Below, piece after piece: positions 1 through 10,995 of a stretch of DNA of 64,000 nt. Each line of letters begins with the position of its first letter. The stretch's first letter is position 1. Below the pieces are notes generated by a model. That model ran no database searches, had not been told where the DNA came from, and saw only the letters and a list, made by a program, of their open reading frames with translations. The stretch is from positions 2,315,058 through 2,379,057 of the forward strand of contig MU053487.1 in the NCBI GenBank assembly GCA_013239625.1, read 5' to 3'. The position numbers were made by a program, and so were the translations under genes. Source of the DNA: Lama guanicoe (lineage: Eukaryota).

Positions 1-452
1 ATTATTTTGAATTGAAAGTACTTGAGAAACAGCCAGTGCAAGAAGGACACTCTGACCCTCCCCCCTCCCTTTGAAAGTAGGAGATAAATCTCCCATGTGA
101 AGTCACCCTCCCAGTACCAGGAGGGTAGAAGACATCCTTATCACTCGTCGCAGGGTATTCAGGGCCGAGAGGGCTATATAAACAACCCTTGTTACTTTTT
201 CACCAATTTATTACCCCAAGCCCAAACCCTTTGTCTTGTCAAGTCTTCACAAATTTATTGTTCCTTTGCCTAAAAGGTATAAAAGCTTCTTCCTGTTCTG
301 GTCACTTCTTTGAGTCTCATATTTTTACAGGGCTCCCATAGGCTTGAAATTACATTTCTTTTTCTCCTGTTAATCCGTCTTATGTCAATTTAATTATCAG
401 AACCAGCCAAAGAACCTAAAAGGGAAGAAGGGAAATTTTTTCTGCCCCTATA
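1..452 (+). mobile_element. ERV1-class LTR, MER34-like (5' end outside the window)
   Basis: TATAAAA-like box at ~278, followed by ttttctcctgttaatccgtcttatgtcaatttaatt...cctaaaagggaagaagggaaatttttctgcccctata, which resembles the 3' end of MER34/MER39-type LTRs as recalled. Confidence 0.55.
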
Positions 453-1417
453 CGGCCAAAAGGTCATCACCGTTTTCTAGGGTTCTTTCCAAATGCTTCC
501 TCCATTGCTGGGAGGACTCAGTGCACAAAAAACAAAAACATCTCAATCTAGACATCATCATCAAATACAGACAGAGCTAAACCCAGACTTGTCTTGGCTC
601 CAACAGACACACAGAAGGCCCACCCGCCCACCAGGCTCACAGGAGCTCAGACAAACATGCCGTGGGGGCTGCAGGTGCACACTGATATTCACCACCCAAG
701 CGAAAGATGGGGTCGATTCAGGTAAGCTAGGTCAGGGTGTCACAGGTAAAGCTTGTTCACCCTTCCAGATTCTCTACAAAATCAAGGAAACAAGGCAACA
801 CTGACTCAGGAAATTTGAGACAAAGAAAAATGTCTGGTCAGGTAGAATGGACAACCTCACTAATCAAAGGACAAACACTGCTCTTGGTTTGGGCACTGTG
901 ACATTTTGGCTGTCAAGAGATGTGTGTTTACTAGGTTCAGTAACAGTTTCTCTAAGTTTAAACCCGAACGTTCTAGCCACCCCACCTCTGCCCCCATCAC
1001 CGATCTCAGCTGTAATGTCTTGTCTTCTTTGTGAAAGAGACTGTCCATTTCCCCCAAATTCTTCTTTCTTGCAAAGGTTTCTCATAAAGATTTCTCGGCC
1101 TTAAGAACCTCAGGCTGTACCCCAAGGAAACTTGTTAGAAAAGGCATGAGCCACGGTCAGCTGTGTCACTGACTGGAAACCCGCAGGCAGGGCAGCGACC
1201 TATGGGCTCTACTTCCCTATCTGGAAAGGCAGAGGAGAGCTTGCTCCCCGAGGTCAATAAAAGCAATGCCACTTTTGTGATGATGACCAGAGGCCCACAC
1301 CCCAGCCCCACTTCAGTTCTTTAAAACAGCCTCAGGGTCACTCACCCCCACCCAAATATGGAGCCTGCAGGCTCCACTTTGGTGGCCAAACATCTTCATA
1401 CCAAGAAGCAAAAATGA

Positions 1418-1570
1418 GGGGGAGGGTATAGCTCAGTGGTAGAGTGCCTGCTTAGCATGCGTGAGGTCCTGGGTTCAATTCCCAGTATCTCCACTAAAAA
1501 AAAGTGCATAAATAAAAAATAAATAAAGGTTATTGGCATATAACCTGATTAATTTAAAAAAAAAACCAAA
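1418..1570 (+). mobile_element. tRNA-Ala-derived SINE (Vic-1-like)
   Basis: GGGGAGGGTATAGCTCAGTGGTAGAG (A box), CTTAGCATG (AGC anticodon loop), GGTTCAATTCCC (B box), A-rich tail. Confidence 0.85.
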
Positions 1571-2403
1571 ATAACAAGAGCGTACACAGCATGGCAGTGG
1601 GCCCTTGGTAGCAAGCACAGGAAAACAAAACTAATCAGCAAAAAGAAGTTAAAGAATTCCACAAAGGCACAGTCTCTTTTGAGAGCCTGGGAGAGTGGTG
1701 TCTAACCCCAGATCCATCACTAATTAGCTGTGACGACTGACAAGTGATGGGCTTCAAGCCCATCTATAGAATGTTCACAGCCCTGTTCCTGACCCTGCAG
1801 CTTTGAAATTCTGTGCAGACTTCAAAAATCCCCTTTTGAATTTATGAATCCAGAGTTTGTGGCCGCCTCTCAGCACTCTCCTTCCTTCTTCCTCGAAAAC
1901 AAAAAAAAAAAGCGTAATGGCAAGAAGCCATTATTCCTTAGCACTCACAGAGGCCCCACCCTGCTCACAGCAGGGCAGACAGCCAACTTGGTGCGGCCAG
2001 ACAGATGGAACCGGAGTAACCAGAAGTATCCCTCAGCCTGTCTCTGCAGCCACAACCTAGAGTACTCCCGTTACTCAAGGAAGCATTTCCTTACTCAAGT
2101 TTGAATCTCAGCTTCCCTTAGGTCTCCTACACAAGCTCCACCCTTCCAAAGTTAGTTCCTCAGGGAAATGCTGATGCTCTCCCCAGCCTCTCTGGGGGTG
2201 TCCCCAAAGAGAGCTTGCCAGCTGCCACCTAAAACTGGATAGTCAATCATTAAATCACATTTACGGATTATGACTAGCTTTTTTAAAAAGCAGAAAATAG
2301 AGCAGAGTAGACAATGGCATTGTGCCTCACTCTGTAGAGGGAATAAATATCCTGTGACCTCTCTCTTCTTGCAGTTTTGTCCTTATATTTTTATGTGGCT
2401 GGG

Positions 2404-2430
2404 TATATATATATATATATATATATATAT
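2404..2430. repeat. (TA)n microsatellite
   Basis: Uninterrupted TA run. Confidence 0.95.
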
Positions 2431-3746
2431 GTCTCTATGGTGGGTCTTGGTCAAGAAAAGACTGAGAAACTCACAGGCCTGAAGCAGTGGGATCTGACTC
2501 CTGGGACGAATGCCACACACACCCATCCCACCTTCATTCCCTACAGGGACGCAAGGGCCAGCACAGGGTACTTAGAGCTCAAGCATCCATCCTGCAATTC
2601 TACAAAACAGAGACGACTGCACAACAGTTGAAGCGAACTTCTGACTCTCCTACAAGGTAGCACTTCCTATAAAGCACAAAACAGGATGCTCAACAAAAGA
2701 CCAAGACATCCGGGTAACAGCCTTGCCTCTGAAAGGTGCCTGGCACCCGGGAGACTCAGCACCAGGCGGTGGGGAAGAACCTGGGTGCTGGGAACGCAAG
2801 CCCTCGGCTTCCCGTTTTCTTCCTGTGGAAGGACTGATTGGGCCAACAGCAACGGGCTAGGGACTACAGACCTCGGAGCCCCCTTTCTTATAATTTTTTT
2901 TTTCAAATTGCGCATCTCCAGAAATCTTTCTCTAGCAAGCACCAAAGGTTGCAGCCTTCCAGAAATGCCCCTAGCTGGGAGCTGAGCTTGCCAGCGCTGC
3001 TGATAGGTACTGTTTCAGCCGGGTTGCAAATGCGCCGGGCTTCCAGTGGGCGCACGGTGAGGGGGCGGAGTGCGCCTCCCAGGCTCCGGGCTCCGGGCTC
3101 CGAGCCCGCGTTTGCAAATGCTCGGAAGCAGAAGCCTGGGTTTCTGGGAACTCCTCTTACGAGCCTCGGGGCCCTGCTGCTGCCCCGCCCGAGGCTCGTT
3201 TAGCCGAGGACAGCGGGCCATACAGCCTCTTTCGGGCAAGCCCAGCTCGCGATTGGGCGGGCTGGGGCAGAGGCCTGCCGGGGGCTGGACTCGCCAACCT
3301 CCTCCCCGGGAAGCGGCCGGCACTCTCCAAGTTCCCCGCAAATCGCGTCCGGCGCCCGGGTGCCTGCTGGCCCGGTGCACACCCCGGGGTCGCCTCCGCT
3401 GGTCTTTTCATCGCAACATGCTAGCGGCCCCGGGGTCCCCCGGAGGAGGTGGGAGGCAGGCTCGGAAGCCGCAGGTTCGGCCCGGGGTGGGGATGAGGCA
3501 GGCCGAGCGCCGCCGCAGTCCTGTCGCAGCGCTTGCCCCGTCCCCCGGCGCTGGAAAGGCCGGAGCTGCCCCCTGCGTCCGACCCTGCGCGACAGGCCCG
3601 GGTCTGCACCTGAATGAGAGCGGCAGCTCCCGCCCGGCCGCCGCCTCAGGGATCGCCAGCCGCGGCGCGCGGCGCCTCCCGCCGGGAAGAGGCGCGGGGC
3701 CCGGAAGGCCAAAGGCGCCCCTCGGGCTTCCCTCGTCGCTACGCAC

Positions 3747-3769
3747 CTAGTTACCCGCGCGTCCCACAT
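3747..3769 (-). CDS. TRANK1: TRANK1 first coding exon (23 nt: MWDARVT + AG, phase 2)
   Basis: Minus strand reads CCCCGGCC-ATG TGG GAC GCG CGG GTA ACT AG|GTGCGT. MWDARVTR resembles the recalled human TRANK1 N-terminus MWDPRAAR. Position and orientation relative to EPM2AIP1/MLH1 match known synteny. Downstream exons were not recognised in the window. Confidence 0.75.
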
Positions 3770-4180
3770 GGCCGGGGCCGCCGCCGCCGCCTCAGGAGCC
3801 GCTTCCCGGGGGCCGGGCGCGGCGGGCGGGGTCCCCTGCTCTCGGTGGCTCGGCCCCCGGGCCGCGACGAGCGGGGCGAGGGCGCGGGGACCCCGGCCCC
3901 CTGCTGTGTGCAGCCGCGGACCTACTCCTAGTTTCCACGTAGTTGCGAGGGCCCGAAAACTGTCACGTGCACGTCGCCGCTGAGTGGGAGGGGGTGTTTG
4001 TCACCGTGTGTTCAAAAGAGGCGTTTCGATGTCTCCCATCTTGCAGGCTAGCTCTCTAATGGGATGGCTCTCGGCCGCCTTTGGAAGCCGAGTGCTTCGA
4101 GCGGGTCACCATGAGGGACCAGGCGCGCGCGAGCCCGCGCGCGCACACACCCCACCTCCGCCACGGGTCACGATGACTTC

Positions 4181-4248
4181 NNNNNNNNNNNNNNNNNNNN
4201 NNNNNNNNNNNNNNNNNNNNNNNNNNNNNNNNNNNNNNNNNNNNNNNN
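4181..4248. other. Assembly gap (68 N)
   Basis: Run of N within the CpG island. Confidence 1.
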
Positions 4249-5196
4249 ACACACACACACACCTCCGCCACGTTTCGGTCACGGTGACTTCTTTCGCTGG
4301 CTGGTCTCCGCGATCGATTGTTGGGGAAGCTGAGGAAATAGCAGACAGCCTTGGTCCGCCTCTGCTCCTGGCCTCCGGTTCCCGCCAACAAAGAAACTAG
4401 GGGTCAGCGCACACCGTGCCTCTCAGCCCCCACATCCTTTTCGCCTTCGTCTAGTCTTCCCTTGGCTCTCGAGTACTTACTGTGGGCTCGGCCCTCCATT
4501 CTTGGGGTGCTGGAGATTCGGGTCGGGAAAGGCCGGTGAGGCGCCCGACTTCTTGACCTTCACAGGCTTGTTCATGGCCCGGACGGAGGCGTGAGCCTCT
4601 CACCACAGCGGGAAAAGCAAAGGACCTCCTGAAAGACAGTGGTGAGTGGTTCCGGTCAGGAAGACCTTCACCCACCGCTCGGCCTTGGTCCTCAACTTCT
4701 CTGGGACAGGGGTGACTTTCCTTCACGTCAGGGATTCGGTCCAACCAGACAGCGGAGCCCGCAGCCCTCTCTTGGGGCCCGGCTTTGGCCTACACTGCCT
4801 CCTGGTGGTTCTCGCATCCATCTGGGGCACCACCACACCAGATCCCTGGGTGGAGAGGACGCCACAGAGCCTGGGCAAGAGAAACAGTCGAGTTTCCGAG
4901 GAGGCAGGGAGGATAAGGTGACGACACATTGACACACCTAATGCACACAGCCGCGTATTTTCAGCTGCTGATTCCGAGCCGAGAACTAGACTATCAGTCC
5001 AGTCAGTGTTCTCCATGCTTCTGGAATCTCACCTCTTCCCATTTCTTCTGTGCATTAATCCTACCCAAATACCACATTGCGTCACCTCCAGTTCAAAAGC
5101 CTTCAGTGGCACCTCTGTTGTCCTTTAATAACTGGGCATTTGAAACTTTTCAGTTTTCCCCTTCCTGTTTCAGCTTCCTCATGCAAACATTCTCCA

Positions 5197-5358
5197 CAGT
5201 GGTTCCCAAACTGGAATGCAGGGCCTTTCAAAAATACTGATATTTGGTTCCTACTCCTACTTAGCCTGATTTAATTGGTCTGGGGTATGACATGGCTGTT
5301 AGGATTTTTACAGATCCTCCAAGTGATGATAACATGAAGCAAAGTTTGGGAAACACCC
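5197..5358. mobile_element. hAT-Charlie MITE, MER5-like
   Basis: Imperfect terminal inverted repeats CAGTGGTTCCCAAACT ... AGTTTGGGAAACACCC; internal ctgatttaattggtctgggg typical of MER5. Confidence 0.7.
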
Positions 5359-5779
5359 TTATTCTCCAAATCCTTAGAGCTGCTTGCCATTTCCTAGACA
5401 TTATTGGTCCTTTCCCTTAAAAAAAAAAAACCAAAACTTGACATATCTTTTCTCCAATGCTTTTAGCAACATTTCCCACCTATACTTAGGAAAGACCCAC
5501 ACCCTGTGTTCCAGCATGCTCTTGATTTTGGCCAACTGCAAGGAATCTCTTTCCAGACGACCTAGACACATTTTTACATCAAGGAGGACAAGCCAAGTGC
5601 AGATGGTTCAAAAGGTATCTCTAAACTTTGATACACTGACCAGTTTTCATAAGAATTTCAGAATCTTTTTGTCATGTTTCCTCCTCTGTGTCTTTCATCA
5701 TAGTCTTCAAAACAGTCAGATCAACTTGAAACAGTCCTTACAGTCCTTAAAACAGTCAAGTCGTTCTTTTTAAAGATTG

Positions 5780-6830
5780 TTTCTTCTCTTTCTATTTTTA
5801 TATTTTTATCAAAATTATTCCCTCTCACTGTTAAAAGAGCAGTCCCCCCTCCCACCCGATCTGTCCCCACAGGCAGCCACTTTTTCCTCTGTTAGCTGAT
5901 CATTTCGATGACTATGTTTGTGTCTCTAAATGACACTCTACTCTTGTTGGGGGTTTTTTTCCCCCGGTTTTATGCATCATCAGGTTTTTTTTTTTTTTTT
6001 AAGATGTGCTTGTCTGAAAACCTTCACCCTCACTTATAGTTTGGCTGGGTATAAAATTCTAGGTTGGAAATAATTTTTCTTCAGGATTTTAAAGCTATTA
6101 CTCCAATCACCACTGGCTTCCACTACTGCTGTTGAGAATTCTGAAAACATTCAGTTACCCTTCTTATGTGACCTCTTTCTTTTTTTTTTATTTTAAGAAG
6201 CCTGAAAAATCTTCTTTTTCTCCCCAGTGTTTTGAAATTGCACAATGATACTCTTTGATGTGGGTCCATTCATCCATTCCAGTGTGTACTGAGTGGGTTC
6301 TTTAAGTCCTGAAACTCAAGCTCTTTGGTTATTTAAATTATTTAAAAAAATTTTTTTAAGTTCTTCTCCTCCATTTTCCCTATTCTCTCTTTTTGGAAAT
6401 CCTGTTATTCAAATATGGGACTTCCAGGTTGGGTGTCTCTGATTTTCCCTGAATTTCAAGTCACTTCTCTCCTTTTTTCTATCTTTCTGAGGTTTTAGTT
6501 TTTGGGTGTTTCCTCTAATTTCTGAAAGAGTTCTTCAACTTCTGATCCTTCTTAATGAGGTTTTTGGTTTTTTTTTTAATTTCTGATACCATACTTTGAT
6601 ATTTACAAGAGCTCTTTCTTACTCTGTAGGCTCTTCTTTGTAGGTGTACCCCATTCTCTTTTCCATGGTTCCATACCTTTTCTAATTTCCCTGCAAGTAT
6701 TAATAGTAGTTTTTGTTTTCTATATATTGGCTCTGTTCTCTGGGTTTCTTTTTCTGTTTATATTTTTTGTTTTGTTCTCCTTGTGACAGATTTTCCTCAG
6801 ATGGTTATCTGCTCAGGATTAAGACTGAGG
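5780..6830 (-). mobile_element. Old, degraded L1 (L1M-type) fragments
   Basis: T-rich antisense L1-like text, e.g. tagtttggctgggtataaaattctaggttggaaataattttt. Confidence 0.55.
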
Positions 6831-7619
6831 GAACCAGATGTGCATTAATAGAGAATGACTGATTAAACCACGGTCACCTACACCACAGAGAACTGAGTCA
6901 TAAGGCAGATCACTGTGTAAAACTGTGGGCTAAAGGGCAGGAAATACTGTTATGTGGAGAACAGTGTTTATAGCCTGCTACCTTTAGTGTACTAAGGAGA
7001 GGTGGATATTTTTATGCATTTCTTTATATTTTTGGACAGGAACAATGGAAGAAAACCCAAAAACTAAGACAAATGGTTACTTCTAAGAAGGAATAAGGGC
7101 AAGGGGAAAGATAGGGAAGCTAGGGTTCTTTAAATATAACTTGTTTTAGGGTTTTGACTTTGAAACTATGAGAATCTTTAATATAATTGAAAAGTTAAGT
7201 CTAATTTCTGAAGAGTAGCTCCTAAAATGGTAACCATGCTGAAATAGACTTAACTATATGTCAAGCGGATTGTGTAACCAAATAAAAATTATTTCAAGTG
7301 ACTTTAAATCATAGTTTTGTTTACTAAAGGGATATGCCCTAAGGGAAAAGGGAACAGAGAAATCTTGAATTTAACAGTCTTATGGTTAGTAAGTTACAAC
7401 ATACTAATATTGGTATGTTTTACAAACTTTGTTAAGAACATTTACTGGGAAATATTACTTGGCAATATTTTTATTACTCAGTAATGTGTATAAATTAGAA
7501 TAAGCAAATAACAATTAGAATAAATTCATTCAGAATCAAGATTTTCAGTGTAAGAGAAAAGAAATACAAATATAAAGTCAAAGAAGTTAGGGAAAAGTCT
7601 ATAATCTGAAAACTGAATT

Positions 7620-7704
7620 TTTTAAAATGGAGGTACTGAGGTTTGAACCAGGACCTTGTGTATGCTAAGCATGCAGTCTACCACTGAGCTAACCATCCCA
7701 CACC
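7620..7704 (-). mobile_element. tRNA-derived SINE with short tail and 12-bp TSD
   Basis: Reverse-complement A and B boxes; direct repeat GAAAACTGAATT at 7608-7619 and 7705-7716. Confidence 0.85.
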
Positions 7705-8571
7705 GAAAACTGAATTAGAAATATCAGTATGAACTTGAAGTTTATTGTCTACTTCTGTACATTCTATTCATTCTTGATGTGATGGAGTATTGCTGGGTTT
7801 AATAATAGCATGGATCCCTGGCACCCAGTATGTAATCTCTAAACACCTCTCCTTTCTATAAGGAACCAGGACTCTTTAAGAAAATTTTCAATCCCCAGTT
7901 TAAAAAGAAATCATTAATTCCATGTTGGGGGCAGAAATGTGCAAGTTGATCCTGGGATAGCTTGTTGTTCTAGAAAGCAAAGAAGCTACCAAAGAGTAAT
8001 GGGGTTGTGTCAAGGCAACCTAAAGGGACTTCCACTGTTCAAACACGGGAAATTTAAGCATAAAAAAAATCATTTTTCTAATTCTATCATTCTTTCTTTT
8101 TATTTGCTGGAATTCTTCAGTAAAGAACTTTCCATCTATGGTCATTTGGTTGCTCTGAAAAACAGTTCAGATAGAAAAAGCAGGATGCTTATTTCCATTC
8201 CCTTTTATTTACCAGTTTTCAAAATAATGAGTTGGAACCCTAGCAACCAACAAAATGTCTAAATGAGCTCATGAATTGTTTTTAATACTCAGTGTCCTTT
8301 AATCACTACAATTACTTTTCTTCTTAATGTTCTACTTTCCCCTATGTGAACAGTGGGAGCCAATCATAGATGTGATCATCAGTGGTCAGTGGTGATCCAC
8401 TAGGAGGAAGGATGGATCTGGCTATTTTTTTTTGTCCCATTTATCTATCCTAACGTCACTAAATGTGCCTCCTGACATGATGCAAAAGGAAAGACACAGC
8501 AACTTGAATGAAGGAACTCTTATCCCCAAAATTGAATCTAAATTGAATCTGAACCTAAGTTAGCCTGTAAA

Positions 8572-9226
8572 CTAGAGATTCTTAAACAAGAATCCATGGA
8601 TAGAACTCAGGAAGTCAGTGAACAAGAACATAATTATCATCTTAATTTTCACTAAACTTAAATTTAGCATCGTCTTCAATTATGAATGTAGGCAATTGCA
8701 AATAAAACATAAAACTACAATAAAAGCAGCACCTAAACCTTCATTAACAGTGAAATCATGAATTCTTTCATATCCCATTACTGTTGCTGTGGATACCTCC
8801 AAATATTGTTTTTGCTGATACCTACTTCACAATTATGATCATTATTAGACCTGCTGCTAGGTCTTGTTATTTAATGTGTTAATTAAAAGGATATATTATT
8901 ATATCACTAATTGTTAAAAATATTGAGTATTCTCATTTAATATAAATAGTTTTCTTTATAATTCTATGCACTTTATTTTATGCACTTAAAAAATATCCTC
9001 AGAAGGGGGGAGGGTATAGCTCAAGCGGTAGAGTGCATGCTTAGCATGCACGAGGTCCTGGGTTCAATCTCCAGTACCTCCTCCAAATATAAATAAATAA
9101 ATATACCTAATTACCTTCCCCTCATAAAACAAACAAACAAGCAAACAAACAATATCCTGAGAAGGAGTCTATGGACATTGTCAATTGCCACAGGGGTCCA
9201 TGTCACACAAAAGGTTAAGAATTCCC
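8572..9226. mobile_element. hAT-Charlie DNA transposon remnant, interrupted by a SINE
   Basis: Ends resemble Charlie termini (gattcttaaac..tccatgg / ggggtccatgtcacacaaaaggttaagaattccc); AT-rich interior. Confidence 0.5.
9005..9150 (+). mobile_element. tRNA-derived SINE with 15-bp TSD
   Basis: A and B boxes, aacctaattacc-type tail, (AAAC)n; TSD AATATCCTCAGAAGG (8992-9006) / AATATCCTGAGAAGG (9151-9165). Confidence 0.9.
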
Positions 9227-9449
9227 ACTCTGGGTCTAACTATGCGCGGAGGACAGAGAAATACAGGTTAAAAGGACATACTGAGGATGCAATCAGACAA
9301 ACCCAGTGTGCAATTGACTTGACCTCTAAACCTAAAACCTACAAGGCTACTGACTTGATCTTTAAACCAAAAACCAGAAAGTGGCGATAAAGAAATTAGG
9401 AGTGGGTAAGGAAAGGGTAATAATTATAATGAACCAGTAGAGATTTAAG

Positions 9450-9851
9450 GAACATACTAAGTAAAGTAAGCCAGAAAGAGAAAGAAAAGTACCATATGAG
9501 ATTGCTCATATATGGGGAAAAAAAGAACATAAATGCAAAACAGAAAGAGACTCATACTCATAGACATAGAATACAAACTTGTGGTTGCCAGGGGGGAGGG
9601 GGGTGGGAAGGGACAGACTGGAAGTTCAAAATTTGTAGATACTGACAGGCATATGTAGAATAGATAAACAAGATTATACTACAGCACAGGGAAATACATA
9701 CAAGGTCTTGTAGTAGCCCACAGCGAAAGAGAATGCAACAATGAATATATGTATGTTCATGTATAATTGAAAAATTGTGCTCTACACTAGAAATTGACAC
9801 AACATTGTAAACTGACTATCACTCAATAAAAAAAAATGTTTTAAAAAAAAA
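9450..9851 (+). mobile_element. L1 3' end (5'-truncated) with A tail
   Basis: catactaagtaaagtaagccagaaagagaaag..., G-rich tract, ...acattgtaaactgactatcactcaataaaaaa. Confidence 0.8.
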
Positions 9852-10529
9852 GCCAGTTGGAAATTCAGAACATGGGAGTGAGATTAACTTGCAGGCAGTC
9901 AGTGAATCACTGGGATGAGAAATCTCTGATGTCAGGGTCTCTTGGTCTTCCCTCTGGGCCTGGTCAGATTAGACAATCTCCCTTCTGGAGTGTGAAAGCC
10001 TGGCTGCCTGCGTTACGGGCACCAGGAGACGTAGGGGAGTTAGGGACCTCAGCACCCACTATGCACGTGTTGACTGCTTGAAATATGGTACCTTTCTGCT
10101 CAGTTGTGTCTGATGCCCACCATTCCTGACACCTACTCTTTTACCTCCTCCAGGGAACAGAGTCCCTTTTGCCAGGTAAGGAAGAGACAGCAAGCAGGCA
10201 GCTATGCTGAGTTGGGGTGGGATCCAGGGGTCCTGCACTTCTTGGACTTTTAACTAAGCTTCCCTATTTTTAGGTCCTTTCTTTACTCTCTCTTGCAGAA
10301 ATATCTGGTTATATCAATAGTTCCTGAGACTTTCGGTGACTGTGCTGTGTAAAATGAGCTGGCCCTTCGCTCTCCCTTCTACCGGCTTACCATGTTTTCT
10401 CTTATGTCCATTATTATTTCCCCCTCTTCTAACACTTTTCCAGCACCCAGGCTTTTGTTGCTATTTTACTCGCTCCAGTTCTTCCTCTCTACATGCCTTT
10501 AAGCAGCAAGAGAAAAAAAAAATTCTCCC

Positions 10530-10995
10530 ATATGAGGGAGCCCTCAACAGGCTACCAGCAGATTTCTCAGCAGAAACCTTGCAGGCCAGGGGAGAGTGGG
10601 ATGATGTATTAAAAGTGCTGAAAGAGAAAAACCAAACCCATAGAAACAGAGAATAGAATGGTGGTTACCAGGGGCTGGGAATAGGGGAACTGGGGAGAAG
10701 CTGGTCAAAGGGTATAAGTTAGAAGAAGAAGAAGTTCTGGAGATACAGTGTACAGCATGGTGGCTGTAGCTAACAATACTGTATGGAACACTTGACATTT
10801 GCTAAGAGAATGGGTCTTAAACATTTTCACCACACACACACACACACAAAGGTAGCTACATAAGGTGATGGATGTGTTAACTGTGGTAATCATTTCACAC
10901 AGTATACATGTATCAAATCAGCATGTTGTACACTTTAAATACATACAATCTTATTTGTCAATTGCATCTCAATAGAACTGGAAGGAAAAAAAAGA
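10530..10995 (+). mobile_element. L1 ORF1 fragment fused to an L1 3' UTR
   Basis: Translation RLPADFSAETLQARGEWDDVLKVLKEK (L1 ORF1p motif) followed directly by a 3' UTR-type sequence with (CA)n. Confidence 0.75.

Larger units (their letters stand above)
3000..4700. promoter_or_regulatory. TRANK1: CpG island / TRANK1 promoter and 5' end
   Basis: Very high GC and CpG density, GC boxes, E-box GTCACGTG at 3962-3969; surrounds the TRANK1-like first coding exon. Confidence 0.85.

Noticed and set aside
847..1104. Short ORFs as further TRANK1 exons
   Set aside because: No similarity to the TRANK1 TPR/ankyrin sequence that I can recognise; likely intronic.
1418..1493. tRNA-Ala(AGC)-like sequences as real tRNA genes (also at ~9005, 42385, 56036 and others)
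   Set aside because: Degenerate stems, extra G-rich leaders, A-rich tails and TSDs identify them as SINE copies.
3015..3983. Many overlapping 100-226 aa ORFs in the first CpG island
   Set aside because: Stop-poor GC-rich DNA giving Arg/Pro/Gly/Ala-rich translations with no domain; only the first 23 nt of the 3769 minus ORF is supported as TRANK1 coding.
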